From the NCBI GenBank assembly GCA_039630575.1, contig JBCNUW010000015.1:1-50616 (forward strand): a DNA stretch of 50,616 bases, given 5' to 3'. Origin of the DNA: Candidatus Hydrothermales bacterium (GTDB taxonomy: Bacteria; Hydrothermota; Hydrothermia; Hydrothermales; JAJRUZ01). The notes beneath the pieces were generated by a model, which saw only the letters and a list, made by a program, of their open reading frames with translations, was not told the DNA's origin and made no database searches. A program made the translations under genes and the position numbers. This document shows positions 28,267 through 38,405 of this stretch, one piece after another. Within the stretch, counting starts at the first letter, position 1; each line of letters begins with the position of its first letter.

Positions 28267-28815
28267 ATGTCTTTTAAATTTATTGATCTTGAAATAAACG
28301 GTTTAATTTTAATAAAAACCGACTTTTTTGAGGATAAAAGGGGATACCTTTTTGAGGCTTTCAAGGAATCAGAGTTTATAAAAAATGGTATAAATTTAAA
28401 ATTTAAACAAGATAATATTTCTTTTTCTTATAGAAACACTCTAAGGGGTCTTCACTTTCAGATAAAACCAAAAGCTCAGGCAAAACTTGTAAGATGTGTA
28501 AAGGGTGAAATTTTTGATGTGGCAGTTGATTTAAGAAAAAATTCAAAAACCTTTGGAAAATGGGAGGGAATAATCCTTTCCGAAAAAAATAAAGATATGG
28601 TTTTCATTCCAGAAGGTTTTGCCCATGGTTTTTTGGTGCTCAGTGATTATGCTATTGTTTTGTATAAAGTATCAGAGGAATACTCGAAGGAACATGAACG
28701 TGGCATAAGATGGAATGACCCTGAAATTAACATTAGCTGGCCTATAAAAGATCCTGTACTTTCTGAAAAAGATAGTAATTTACCCTTTTTAAAAGATCTA
28801 AATGTTTATTTTTAA
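28267..28815 (+). CDS. rfbC: dTDP-4-dehydrorhamnose 3,5-epimerase
   Basis: DKRGYLFE, QDNISFS..TLRGLHFQ, QAKLVRC..GEIFDVAVDLR, IPEGFAHGF, GIRWNDP. Confidence 0.96.
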   Translation: MSFKFIDLEINGLILIKTDFFEDKRGYLFEAFKESEFIKNGINLKFKQDNISFSYRNTLRGLHFQIKPKAQAKLVRCVKGEIFDVAVDLRKNSKTFGKWEGIILSEKNKDMVFIPEGFAHGFLVLSDYAIVLYKVSEEYSKEHERGIRWNDPEINISWPIKDPVLSEKDSNLPFLKDLNVYF

Positions 28816-28829
28816 ATAATTAATTTTTA

Positions 28830-31436
28830 TTACTCAGTGTAGATATAGTCTTTAAAAATTTTTATTTTACTTATATTTTCTTTTTTTGCCTTTAAAAAAG
28901 CATAAGCAAGTTTAAAAATCCTTAAAGTTGAATCGTCTGGTTTTCCAAACCTATCTTTATATTCATCAATTATACAATCTATTTCTTCCACACTTTCTGC
29001 CGTAAAGAGACTCCTTGCAATAAAAATTTTATCCTCTTCACCTAAATATGATGGAAAATATAAAGATGAATAAGGAATAATATCCACTTTTCTTTTTGGT
29101 AAAGTTTCTCCTTTCAATTTTTTTATCTCTTCTTCAAGTAATCTTAAATAAAATGTGATACTTAGACCTTTTAAAAAACCCTTTTGTTTTTTTCCAAAAA
29201 GCTCACCAGGACCCCTCATTTCTAAGTCTTTTAAAGCAACTTTTTCTCCTGCACCAGGATAGTTGTACCTTTTTACAGTTATTATTCTCTCTCTTGCCCT
29301 TTCACTTAATTTATGAGGTAAAAGGAAATACACATAGGACTTTTTATCTCTTCTTCCTACCCTCCCCTTTAAAGCATAAAGCTCTGAAAGTCCAAAAAGG
29401 TCAGGTCTTTCCACTATTAAAGTATTGGCGTTATCAAAATCCATACCAGTTTCAAGAATATTCGTTGCAATTAAAATTTTTATTTTTCCTAAAATAAAAT
29501 TAACTAAAATATTTTCGATCTCCTCATTACTTTTTTTTGCATGCAAAATTTCACACTCTACATCAGGAAATAAGCTCTTTATTTTTTCTTTTATTTCTTT
29601 TAAAGGTGAAATTCTATTTCTAATATAAAGAACCTGTCCCCCTCTTTTTAACTCCCTTTCTATTGCTCTTTTTATTTCAATAAGTGAATAGTTTACCAAT
29701 ATTACCTCTTTTTCCTTTCTTCCAAGAGGTGGTGTTCTTATTCTGGAAATGTCAATTGTACCGTAGATTGATAAGGCAAGAGTCCTAGGGATAGGTGTTG
29801 CAGAAAGTATAAGAGTGTCTAGTTCCTCTCTTAAAAGTCTTAACTTTTCCTTGTGTTCAACTCCAAATCTTTGTTCTTCATCTATGATTAAAAGTCCTAA
29901 ATTTTTAAATCTTACATCGTCATAAAGAGCTCTATGTGTTGCAATCAAAATGTCAATTTTACCTTCTTTAAGGTCCTTTATAATTTCTTTTTCTTCAGAT
30001 TTTGTCAAAAGCCTTGAAAGCATTTTTACGTTTATTGGAAAGTCTTTTAACCTGTTAGAGAAGTTTCTATAGTGCTGTAAAACAAGTGGAGTTGTAGGAG
30101 CAAGAAAAAGGGCTTGATAGCCCTTTAGTGCACACATAGAAGAGGCCCTTAATGCAATTTCAGTCTTTCCAAATCCAGAGTCCCCTAATATTAACCTGTC
30201 CATTCTATTTTCTGATTCCATATCTTTTTTAGTTTCCTCCCAAGCAGTTCTCTGATCGTCAGTTTCAGTAAAAGGGAAACTTAAAATTATTTCATTTAAA
30301 ATCTTTTCTTCCTCTTCATCAAGTCTAAAAGATATACCCTTTAAGACTTTTCTTCTTGCTGTAAGATTTAGAAGCTTCTTCGCAAACTCGTGAACCTCTA
30401 TTTTTGACCTTACAAGTTCCTTGACCCATTTGTTTGTAGAAAAATCAGTAAATGCTCTTTTGCCAAAATATTTCTCTATTTTATGAATTTCCCAAAATGG
30501 TATAAAAAGTTTTTGATTGTCTTTAAAGATAAGCTCAATATAATCAATTTCTTTACCTTCAGTTTTTATTCTCTTAATCCCTTTTATTGAACAAATTCCT
30601 TCTTCCTCATGAATAACAGTATCTCCTGGACTTATTTCAAAGAAGCTTTCCTCTCTAAAGGGCAGTACAAATTTTTTAGATGTTTTTAAAACTGGGTAAA
30701 TTTCTCTTTCTGAAACCACAACTGTATTTTCTTCAGGCACTATAAAACTTTTAGAGATTTCTCCCTTTAAAAACTTTAAATTCTCAATTAATTTCTTATA
30801 ATAGCTATACCTTATGTTTTCTTTAGCGACATAGTAAACTTCCATCTTTTGCTCTTTTAAAAATTCTATAAATTCTGTTAGTTTTAAAAACTTTTGAAGC
30901 GGAATAATTTTTTTATTCAGAAAATTTTTCTCATAAATAAAAAAGAAATTTTTCAAGTCAACAAGGTTGAAAAAGAAATTACAAAATTCCTGGGGAACGT
31001 AAAGATACACACTTTCAACTATACCTATTTTTCTCTGAGTAAAAGGATCAAAAAATCTTATTTCTTCTATTTGGTCTCCAAAAAATTCAATCCTTATTGG
31101 GTATTCTTCCTCTTCAAAAAATATATCAATTATAAATCCCCTTCTTGCAAATTCTCCCTCTGAAAAAGTTTTCTCGTACTCTTCGTAGCCTGATTTTATT
31201 AAAAGTTCAACTAATTTTTCACGATTAACTTTTATTGAAGATTTAAGTTCAAGAAAAAATTTATTTTTAACTTTTGAACTTTCTAAAACAAAAGGCTCCT
31301 TTAGGGGATCCCATAAAAGTATTTTGTTTTTCCCCTTTTTAAAAAATTTATAATCATCTATGTTTTCTGATAAAATAATAGGATATTTTCCATTTTCTAA
31401 ATTTTTTAAAGCATAATATTCCACATACTCAGTCAT
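28830..31436 (-). CDS. mfd: Transcription-repair coupling factor, compact form
   Basis: GEFARRGFIIDIF..PIRIEFFGD, CarD-like PGDTVIHEEEGI, FPFTETDDQ, MDRLILGDSGFGKTE, DEEQRFG, SATPIPRTL, GRVGR, TRG motif DLEMRGPGELFG. Confidence 0.92.
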   Translation of the reverse strand: MTEYVEYYALKNLENGKYPIILSENIDDYKFFKKGKNKILLWDPLKEPFVLESSKVKNKFFLELKSSIKVNREKLVELLIKSGYEEYEKTFSEGEFARRGFIIDIFFEEEEYPIRIEFFGDQIEEIRFFDPFTQRKIGIVESVYLYVPQEFCNFFFNLVDLKNFFFIYEKNFLNKKIIPLQKFLKLTEFIEFLKEQKMEVYYVAKENIRYSYYKKLIENLKFLKGEISKSFIVPEENTVVVSEREIYPVLKTSKKFVLPFREESFFEISPGDTVIHEEEGICSIKGIKRIKTEGKEIDYIELIFKDNQKLFIPFWEIHKIEKYFGKRAFTDFSTNKWVKELVRSKIEVHEFAKKLLNLTARRKVLKGISFRLDEEEEKILNEIILSFPFTETDDQRTAWEETKKDMESENRMDRLILGDSGFGKTEIALRASSMCALKGYQALFLAPTTPLVLQHYRNFSNRLKDFPINVKMLSRLLTKSEEKEIIKDLKEGKIDILIATHRALYDDVRFKNLGLLIIDEEQRFGVEHKEKLRLLREELDTLILSATPIPRTLALSIYGTIDISRIRTPPLGRKEKEVILVNYSLIEIKRAIERELKRGGQVLYIRNRISPLKEIKEKIKSLFPDVECEILHAKKSNEEIENILVNFILGKIKILIATNILETGMDFDNANTLIVERPDLFGLSELYALKGRVGRRDKKSYVYFLLPHKLSERARERIITVKRYNYPGAGEKVALKDLEMRGPGELFGKKQKGFLKGLSITFYLRLLEEEIKKLKGETLPKRKVDIIPYSSLYFPSYLGEEDKIFIARSLFTAESVEEIDCIIDEYKDRFGKPDDSTLRIFKLAYAFLKAKKENISKIKIFKDYIYTE

Positions 31437-31456
31437 AATAATTTATAATTTTTTTC

Positions 31457-32542
31457 TTACTTTCCTTCAAGTAACTTTTTTGATTTTATAAAAGAAAAGG
31501 TAAAAACTAAAAGAGATAGAATTGAAAGCATAAAAAAATTGTAAAATAGGTCATAGAAAGATGAGCCCTTAAGAAAAATACTCCTTAAAATTACTAAAAA
31601 ATGTGTAAGAGGATTTAATTGGGCTATAAACTTGAAAAATAAAGGCATCGATTCCACCGGATAAAAAAAACCTGATAAAATTAACATTGGCAAAACAAAA
31701 AATATACATGTTATCATTGCCTGTGCCTGTGTTTCTGAAATAATTGAAGACAAAAGTCCAATACCAAGAACAAGGAATAGGAAAAAAACTGATCCAAGAA
31801 GTAAAAGTAAAACATTTCCCTTAAACGGAACCTTAAAAACTGTTAATGAAAGTAGAATTATGAATAGTAAATCTATAAATCCAATTGTTGCGTAAGGGAT
31901 AGTTTTTCCTAATACAAATTCAAAGTGAGAAATAGGACTTATACTCAGGAGTTCAATTGTCTCTGTTTCCTTTTCTCTAGCAACGGAAATGCTTGTCAAT
32001 ATCATACCAGTGACAAGCAATACCATTGCTATTACAGCAGGTATCATAAAATTACTTGTTTTTCCTTCTGCATTGTAAAGAACAGTTACTTTTAAATTAC
32101 CTTTAATGGTGCCAAATTTTTCTATAAGATATTTCGAAAAATAGCCAAGAACAATCTGGGTTGTCCAACCCCTTGAACCATCAAACAAAGCAAGAATTTC
32201 CGGTTTTTCAAAACTTTTTATTCTTCTCTCAAAATCTTCCTTTATTATTATTCCTAAATCAATTTCCCCTTTAATAAAATCTTCTTCCATTTCTTTAATT
32301 TCACTGTAATACTTTTTAAGTTTAAAAAATCCTGATGCACAAAGTGAAGTTATGAAATCTCTTGAAATTTTTTTTCCAGAATAGTCAACTACGCCAATTC
32401 TTACATTTCTTACATCAGTAGATATGACATAACCGTATACAACAAGTTGAATCAGAGGCGCTATAAATACTATTAATCTTGTTTTTCTATCTCTTAAAAC
32501 TTGAATAAATTCTTTCTCAATAAAGTAAAAAAGTCTTTTCAT
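31457..32542 (-). CDS. ABC-2 exporter permease (YbhR-like)
   Basis: KEFIQVLRD, SVAREKETETIELL, LSGFFYPVESMP, NPLTHF. Confidence 0.9.
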   Translation of the reverse strand: MKRLFYFIEKEFIQVLRDRKTRLIVFIAPLIQLVVYGYVISTDVRNVRIGVVDYSGKKISRDFITSLCASGFFKLKKYYSEIKEMEEDFIKGEIDLGIIIKEDFERRIKSFEKPEILALFDGSRGWTTQIVLGYFSKYLIEKFGTIKGNLKVTVLYNAEGKTSNFMIPAVIAMVLLVTGMILTSISVAREKETETIELLSISPISHFEFVLGKTIPYATIGFIDLLFIILLSLTVFKVPFKGNVLLLLLGSVFFLFLVLGIGLLSSIISETQAQAMITCIFFVLPMLILSGFFYPVESMPLFFKFIAQLNPLTHFLVILRSIFLKGSSFYDLFYNFFMLSILSLLVFTFSFIKSKKLLEGK

Positions 32543-33619
32543 TTATATTTTCTCTTTTATCATTTTTGAGGCCATAAATATTAAAAAAGAAGAAATGATG
32601 GTGAGGATAAAAAGTTCGTCAAGGAGGAAAAAAATATTAGTTCCCCTCAAAAGAATTCCTCTTAGTATCTCCATAAAGTACCTAGCTGGTACAAAGTATG
32701 ATAAAATTTTCAAAACTTGTGGTATATTTTCTAAAGGAAATATAAAACCAGAGAGCAAAAAAGATGGCAAAATAGTTGTTAACCATGTAGTAAGAAGTGA
32801 GGTTTGAGTTTTTTTAAAACTTGTTGAAATTATAATTCCTATTCCAAGACCAGACAAAATATATATAAAGGCTGAAAGGTAAAGAAAAAATAAATTACCT
32901 CTAAAAGGAATGTTAAAGAGAATTTTAGCAGATAAAAGAGAAAGACTAAATTGTAGAATTCCTAATAAAATATAGGGAAAAACTTTCCCTAATATTATTT
33001 CGTAAGGTTTTAATGGTAATGTTAAAAGCATTTGAAAAGTTTGCATTTCATATTCTTTTGTTATACTTATTGTTATAAGAACTGAAGATAAAACAGCAAG
33101 AACAATAGCTATAATTCCTGGAACTATATAGATTTCACTTTTCATTTCTTCATTAAAAAGAACTTTATATTTAAAATCAAAAGTATTTTCTCTTTCGCTG
33201 AAGATTCTAATAAAGTAACCTGAAAGGGTCGAAAACATAGTAGGGTCAGTACCATCAATTATCAGTATAATTTCACTATTTCCCTTTTTTGTTAATTCTT
33301 CTGATAAGTCTTGTTTAAGGTAGATTTTTGCCTTTATCTTGTTTTCAAGAAATTTTTCTTCGCCAAGTTCATATTCTTCATAGATTTTCTTAAATACTCC
33401 TGTACAATTTAGTTTATTTTTAATTTCTCTTGATAAGTTGTTTTGTTCATGATCAACAATTGATACCGATATGTTTTTTACCTCAAGTTTTATAGCGTAT
33501 CCAAAAATAACAATAAAGAATATAGGAACAATAAGGGATAAAATTAATGTTCTAATATCTCTTGAAATGTGGATTATTTCTTTGATAAAAATTGCCTTAT
33601 ATTTCAAGAACCTTTGCAT
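32543..33619 (-). CDS. ABC-2 exporter permease (YbhS-like)
   Basis: KEIIHISRD, IDGTDP, IVPGIIA, GKVFPY, LSGFIFPLENIP, PARYF. ATG 33619 preferred over 33646. Confidence 0.9.
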   Translation of the reverse strand: MQRFLKYKAIFIKEIIHISRDIRTLILSLIVPIFFIVIFGYAIKLEVKNISVSIVDHEQNNLSREIKNKLNCTGVFKKIYEEYELGEEKFLENKIKAKIYLKQDLSEELTKKGNSEIILIIDGTDPTMFSTLSGYFIRIFSERENTFDFKYKVLFNEEMKSEIYIVPGIIAIVLAVLSSVLITISITKEYEMQTFQMLLTLPLKPYEIILGKVFPYILLGILQFSLSLLSAKILFNIPFRGNLFFLYLSAFIYILSGLGIGIIISTSFKKTQTSLLTTWLTTILPSFLLSGFIFPLENIPQVLKILSYFVPARYFMEILRGILLRGTNIFFLLDELFILTIISSFLIFMASKMIKEKI

Positions 33620-35207
33620 AAAAAATTTCTTCAAGATCTGGCTCACTTTCTTTGATAAGATCTATTTCAATGCCAATTGAAAGTGCCTTTTTTAAAGTTT
33701 CTTCTATTTTTCCTAATTTTTTTGAAAATATTTTAAAGCCATCTTTAGTTCTTGTATACATAATTTCTCTTTCTTCCTCAAGAAATTTTTCAAAAGAAAG
33801 GACATCCTTTACTTTTATTTCATAGATCTTGTAATTTTCAATAAACTTTTCTTTAAGATTTAAAGGACTATCCAAAGCTTTGCATTCACCCCTATCAATA
33901 AGTAAAACCCTATCACATAGTTCAGCTTCATCCATATAATGGGTAGTAATGATAAGAGTATGACCTCTTTCTTTGAGACTTTCTAAAATTTTAAAGAAAT
34001 CACTTCTTGCCTGTGCTCCCATCCCTGATGTTGGTTCATCAAGAAATAAAATAGGAGGTAAGTTTAAAAGTATTGTAGCAAGAGAAAGTTTCTGTTTAAC
34101 ACCAAGTGGGAGTTCACTTGTTATCTGATTTCTCCATTTTTCTAAATCAAAAAATTTGATTAGTTCTTCAATTTTTTTCTCGTCATCTTTAACTTCATAA
34201 AGTCCAGCGTAGAGCTTGAGATTTTCATATAAGGTTAAATCTTGATAGAGTGAAAATTTTTGAGAAAGATAACCTATATTTTTTCTAATTTTTCTTATAT
34301 TCTCTCTTTTTAATTCTTCTCCCATTATTTTGATTTTTCCTTCTGTTGGTTCTATTAATCCAAGTAGCATCTTTAAGGTAGTTGTTTTACCTGCACCGTT
34401 CGGACCTAAAAAGCCAAATATTTCTCCCCTTTTAATATCAAAGCTTAATTTTTTTACTGCATAAAAATCTCCAAATTTTTTTGAAATATTTTCTACATAA
34501 ATAACTGTTTCTTTTTCCTCTTTTTTTAAAATTTCTGTTTTTTTTATGTATATTTCCTTTTCATCCGAAACCAAAAATCCATCCTTCAATGTGAAAGATC
34601 TTGTTGCTCTGTTTGTTTCAAGCACATAAGGAGTTGTTAAAATTATTGATATTCCCTGTGCAGCTAGTTTATGGAATAAAATCCAAAGTTTTTGCCGTGA
34701 AACAGGATCTATTCCTCTTGTAGGTTCGTCTAATAGTAAAAGTTTTGGTTTTGAAATTAATATGGAAGCAAGAGAAAGTTTTTTTTGCATACCACCAGAA
34801 AGTTCTTTTGCTAGTTTTTCGGTAGCAACTTTTAATTCTGTTATACTGAGAACTTCATCAATTATTTTCTTATTTTTTATTTCAAAAATCTCACTAAAAA
34901 AATTTAAAGTCTCTTTTACTTTCAAATCAGGATATAGTGAAAAGATTTCAGATGAGTATCCTATTTTATCTTTTAGTTTATGTCTCTCTTTTACTAAGTC
35001 TTTATCTAAAAATGTAATTTTTCCATAATCTGGATTTAAAAGTCCTGCTAAAATTTTTAAAAGTGTTGTTTTACCTGATCCATCTTGTCCTGTTATTGCA
35101 ACTATTTCTCCTTCCTTTAGTTCAAGGTTTATCCCTTTTAAAACCTCATTTTTCCCAAAAGATTTTTTTATGTTTTCTAATTTCAATATAACATATCTAT
35201 TACTCAT
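33597..35207 (-). CDS. ABC exporter ATPase with two nucleotide-binding domains (YbhF-like)
   Basis: GQDGSGKTT / LSGGMQ / LLLLDEPT, and GPNGAGKTT / LPLGVKQ / LFLDEPTSG / TTHYMDEA. Confidence 0.93.
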   Translation of the reverse strand: MSNRYVILKLENIKKSFGKNEVLKGINLELKEGEIVAITGQDGSGKTTLLKILAGLLNPDYGKITFLDKDLVKERHKLKDKIGYSSEIFSLYPDLKVKETLNFFSEIFEIKNKKIIDEVLSITELKVATEKLAKELSGGMQKKLSLASILISKPKLLLLDEPTRGIDPVSRQKLWILFHKLAAQGISIILTTPYVLETNRATRSFTLKDGFLVSDEKEIYIKKTEILKKEEKETVIYVENISKKFGDFYAVKKLSFDIKRGEIFGFLGPNGAGKTTTLKMLLGLIEPTEGKIKIMGEELKRENIRKIRKNIGYLSQKFSLYQDLTLYENLKLYAGLYEVKDDEKKIEELIKFFDLEKWRNQITSELPLGVKQKLSLATILLNLPPILFLDEPTSGMGAQARSDFFKILESLKERGHTLIITTHYMDEAELCDRVLLIDRGECKALDSPLNLKEKFIENYKIYEIKVKDVLSFEKFLEEEREIMYTRTKDGFKIFSKKLGKIEETLKKALSIGIEIDLIKESEPDLEEIFYAKVLEI

Positions 35208-36052
35208 TTATAGAAAACTGAAACTGTCATTCCAGGCTTTAAAATGTTATCTCTGTTTATAACTTTTACTTTGAATTTAAAGAAAAGTAATTCCTTCTCT
35301 TCAGGTGTTAAAATATTTCGTGGAGTAAATTCAGCTTCATCTTTAATCCATACAACTTTTCCTTCAAATTCAATTTTTTCTCCTATGTGAGGGATAATTT
35401 TAACAGTTTTATGTAGTTTAATATGCTTTAATTCTTTTTGAGGCAAGAAGGCGTATACATAAAGAGTATCTAAATTTGCAATTGTAAAAAGAGGGATATG
35501 CGGTCTTGTTAATTCTCCCACTTCTATGTTTTTTTCAAGTACTACTCCACTTATTGGAGATTTAATTTCTATTTCTTCTTCGTAAATCTTTATTTTTTCA
35601 AGATTTTCCTTTAGTGCTTCTATATTTTCTTCAGCTGCCCTTAATTTATAAGTGAGGAACTTATATTTACTCTTTAATCTTTCGTAATCCCTTTCAGGAA
35701 AAGCTCCTTCCTTTCTTAAATTTTCAAGTTTTTTTAATTCTTCAGTTAAGTTTTTTACTTCTTCCTCTATAGCCTTTTTTTCATACTGAAAACTCAGTAG
35801 TTTTTTTTCTGTTTCTTTTTTTGTTGTAAACAACTCCCTTTTGTCTATTTCAAGTAGAATTTCGTTTTCTTTAACAAAATCGCCTTCATCCTTATAAATT
35901 TTCATAACTTTTCCTATATATTTTGTTGAAATCTCAACTTCTTTAGCCTCTACCGTTCCTGTAGTAAAATTTATTTTTCTTTTTGGATAAAGTATGTAAA
36001 TAGTAAAAACTATAGATATAAAAAGAGCCACCAAAAAAATTTTTTTTGTCAA
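35204..36052 (-). CDS. HlyD-family membrane fusion protein (YbhG-like)
   Basis: GTVEAKEVEIS, EGDFVK, coiled coil, IKSPISGVV, AEFTPRNI, LKPGM; TTG start. Confidence 0.9.
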   Translation of the reverse strand: MTKKIFLVALFISIVFTIYILYPKRKINFTTGTVEAKEVEISTKYIGKVMKIYKDEGDFVKENEILLEIDKRELFTTKKETEKKLLSFQYEKKAIEEEVKNLTEELKKLENLRKEGAFPERDYERLKSKYKFLTYKLRAAEENIEALKENLEKIKIYEEEIEIKSPISGVVLEKNIEVGELTRPHIPLFTIANLDTLYVYAFLPQKELKHIKLHKTVKIIPHIGEKIEFEGKVVWIKDEAEFTPRNILTPEEKELLFFKFKVKVINRDNILKPGMTVSVFYK

Positions 36053-36065
36053 TTTAGTTTCCTTT

Positions 36066-38342
36066 TTATTTTAAGATTATGTTGTTATAGTAAATATATG
36101 GCTCTTCTTGAAGAAAGCCAAGCGGACTTTTGAAGGTTATGCTTTTTTTAAAGAACTCCTTAAATAAATCTATTTTAGGATATATAACTACATTAAAGTC
36201 TTTTTTTATTCCTGAAAGCTTTTTTGCTATTTCAATCGCTTCAAGAATTCCTCCTATATCATCTATAATTTTTAAGTTTTTCGCATCAAACCCTGACCAT
36301 ATTCTACCCCTTCCTATTGAATCAACATAGGTCTCCTTTAAATTTCTTGAATAAGCCACTTTCTTAATAAAGTTATCGTATCCCCAATTTAATTCTTCCT
36401 TTAATTCCTCTATTTCTTCTTCATTCCATTCTCTAAAGATTGAGAAGGCATCTGAATATTTTAAAATTTTTACACGGTCAAAGGTTATTCCAATTTTTTC
36501 AAACATTTTATCAAATGAAATTTTTCCACCCAGTATTCCTATTGAACCTGTAAGTGTAGAATAGTTTGCAATAATATAATCTGCCGGAGATGAAATATAA
36601 TATCCACCTGAGGCTGCATATTGTCCCATCGATACAACTACTTTCTTTTTTTCCTTTAGTTTTCTTATTGAATTCCATATTATGTCTGAGGCAAGAGAAG
36701 AACCGCCAGGTGAATTGACCCTTATAACCACTGCTTTTATACTCTTATCCCTTTCAATTTTTGCTACTATTTCCTGCACTGTTTTTGAACCAATCATTTT
36801 CCCACCAATTAAAGGTAACGGATTTCTTCCACTTTCACCCTCAACAATTGATCCCTCCAACGATAAAATTGCTATCTTTGGTTTTGAATCAACAAACTCT
36901 CTTTTTAAAAATTTCTCATCATCCCATTTTTTATAAGAAATTTTTTTAATTTTTTTCTTTGAAAACCATTTTTTCGTAATGTCTATAATTTCATTTTCAT
37001 AGGCTACAGTATCAACAAGTTTTTCCTTTAAAGCTTCATACGAATTAAAGTAAACTTCTTTTTCCATTATTTTTAAAAGAGTATCCTTTGTAATATTCCG
37101 TGAACTACTTATATCTTCTATTTCCTTATCTAAAATTCTTTTTAAAAACAGAGAAATCTGAATACTATCTTCTTTACTCATGTTCTCTCTTGTAAAGGGT
37201 TCCACTGCAGATTTGTATTCAGCAACTCTTTCAAACTGCGCTTTTATACCTGTTTTGTCAAAAAGTTTTTTAAAATAAAACCTCTCGGTATAGGGACCGG
37301 CAAGTATTAAAGAACCTTCTTTTGGAATAATAATTTTGTCACAACTGCTTGCAATATAATAGTTATTTTCACTGAAGTTTTCTCCATAAGCAACTGTAAA
37401 TTTTTTATCAGAAATCTTTTTTATTATTTTTCTAAGTTCTTCAGCTTGAGCTCTTGAAAACTGTGGATTTTCAAAATAAATTATTACCCCTTCTATTTCG
37501 TCATCCTTAAGAATTCTTTCAAAATCACTTACAAGATCATAAAAGCACTCCTTAATTTTAAATGATAAAAAGTCTCCTCTTTCTCTTTCCTCTGGATAGG
37601 AATCTTTTAATCTTATTTCAATCCATCTGTTTTTTCTCTTATATAATTTGGGGTATATTTCTTTGGATGTTATTATGCTAAAGTTTTTTTCCCTTTCATC
37701 TTTATCCATCGAATACGATAAAATCCCATTTCCAAGGGAGAATTCAATACCAAACAAATATCTTGTGTTATCTTTATAGAATCCCTTACAGGTTTCAATA
37801 TTTAAGTTAAATAAAATACCTTCCACTGGTTCTAAAGAAAATAAAAAACTGTAAGAATCTAAGGTATCTTTTTTAAATTTTAAATCAGCTGATAAAGTGA
37901 TCCTATCTGTTATTGGTCTAAAGGCAAATCCCAAAATAGCTTCTCTATAACTTTTATAAAGATCGTTTTTTAATCCTATAGAAAAGAAAGATAAGGGTCT
38001 TAACATTAACCCGAGAGTGTAAAATTTTTGAGTGTCACCAAAAGTGTAGGATATACCAGCTGAAACTCTTTCTCCAAAAGGAATTCCTGAACCTATTTTG
38101 TATATTTTCTTTTTTTCTTCAGAGTGTATAAAAAATCCAAAATTTGATAGACTAGCAGTTAGGGTATGATTAAAATTTTCTCTTTTGCGGTCAAAATAAT
38201 CAATTTTTTTTAGATTGTAGAAAATTTCAAAACCTTGCTGAAAGGCAAGACCTGCAGGATTATTTATTAATGCTTTACTTCTCACTGAGAGAGAAGGTGA
38301 ATATTGATAGAAAAAGTATGAAATTATAATAAGTTTAAACAT
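36066..38342 (-). CDS. sppA: Signal peptide peptidase SppA (two S49 domains) with ~230-aa N-terminal beta-strand extension
   Basis: YYIASSCD, EYKSAVEPF, IRVNSPGGS, SMGQYAASGGYYIS, TLTGSIG, GRIWSG; N-terminus NNPAGLAF followed by amphipathic strands. Confidence 0.92.
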   Translation of the reverse strand: MFKLIIISYFFYQYSPSLSVRSKALINNPAGLAFQQGFEIFYNLKKIDYFDRKRENFNHTLTASLSNFGFFIHSEEKKKIYKIGSGIPFGERVSAGISYTFGDTQKFYTLGLMLRPLSFFSIGLKNDLYKSYREAILGFAFRPITDRITLSADLKFKKDTLDSYSFLFSLEPVEGILFNLNIETCKGFYKDNTRYLFGIEFSLGNGILSYSMDKDEREKNFSIITSKEIYPKLYKRKNRWIEIRLKDSYPEERERGDFLSFKIKECFYDLVSDFERILKDDEIEGVIIYFENPQFSRAQAEELRKIIKKISDKKFTVAYGENFSENNYYIASSCDKIIIPKEGSLILAGPYTERFYFKKLFDKTGIKAQFERVAEYKSAVEPFTRENMSKEDSIQISLFLKRILDKEIEDISSSRNITKDTLLKIMEKEVYFNSYEALKEKLVDTVAYENEIIDITKKWFSKKKIKKISYKKWDDEKFLKREFVDSKPKIAILSLEGSIVEGESGRNPLPLIGGKMIGSKTVQEIVAKIERDKSIKAVVIRVNSPGGSSLASDIIWNSIRKLKEKKKVVVSMGQYAASGGYYISSPADYIIANYSTLTGSIGILGGKISFDKMFEKIGITFDRVKILKYSDAFSIFREWNEEEIEELKEELNWGYDNFIKKVAYSRNLKETYVDSIGRGRIWSGFDAKNLKIIDDIGGILEAIEIAKKLSGIKKDFNVVIYPKIDLFKEFFKKSITFKSPLGFLQEEPYIYYNNIILK

Positions 38343-38369
38343 CGATTTAACTTTTAGCTAAATTAGGAG

Positions 38370-38399
38370 TTGAACCTTTTAAGTATGTTGCCATAAAAT
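38370..38399 (+). promoter_or_regulatory. Sigma70-type promoter, probably leaderless, for dapA
   Basis: TTGAAC (38370-38375), 18 bp, TAAAAT (38394-38399), 6 nt, ATG 38406. Confidence 0.6.
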
Positions 38400-38405
38400 T
38401 AGTAT

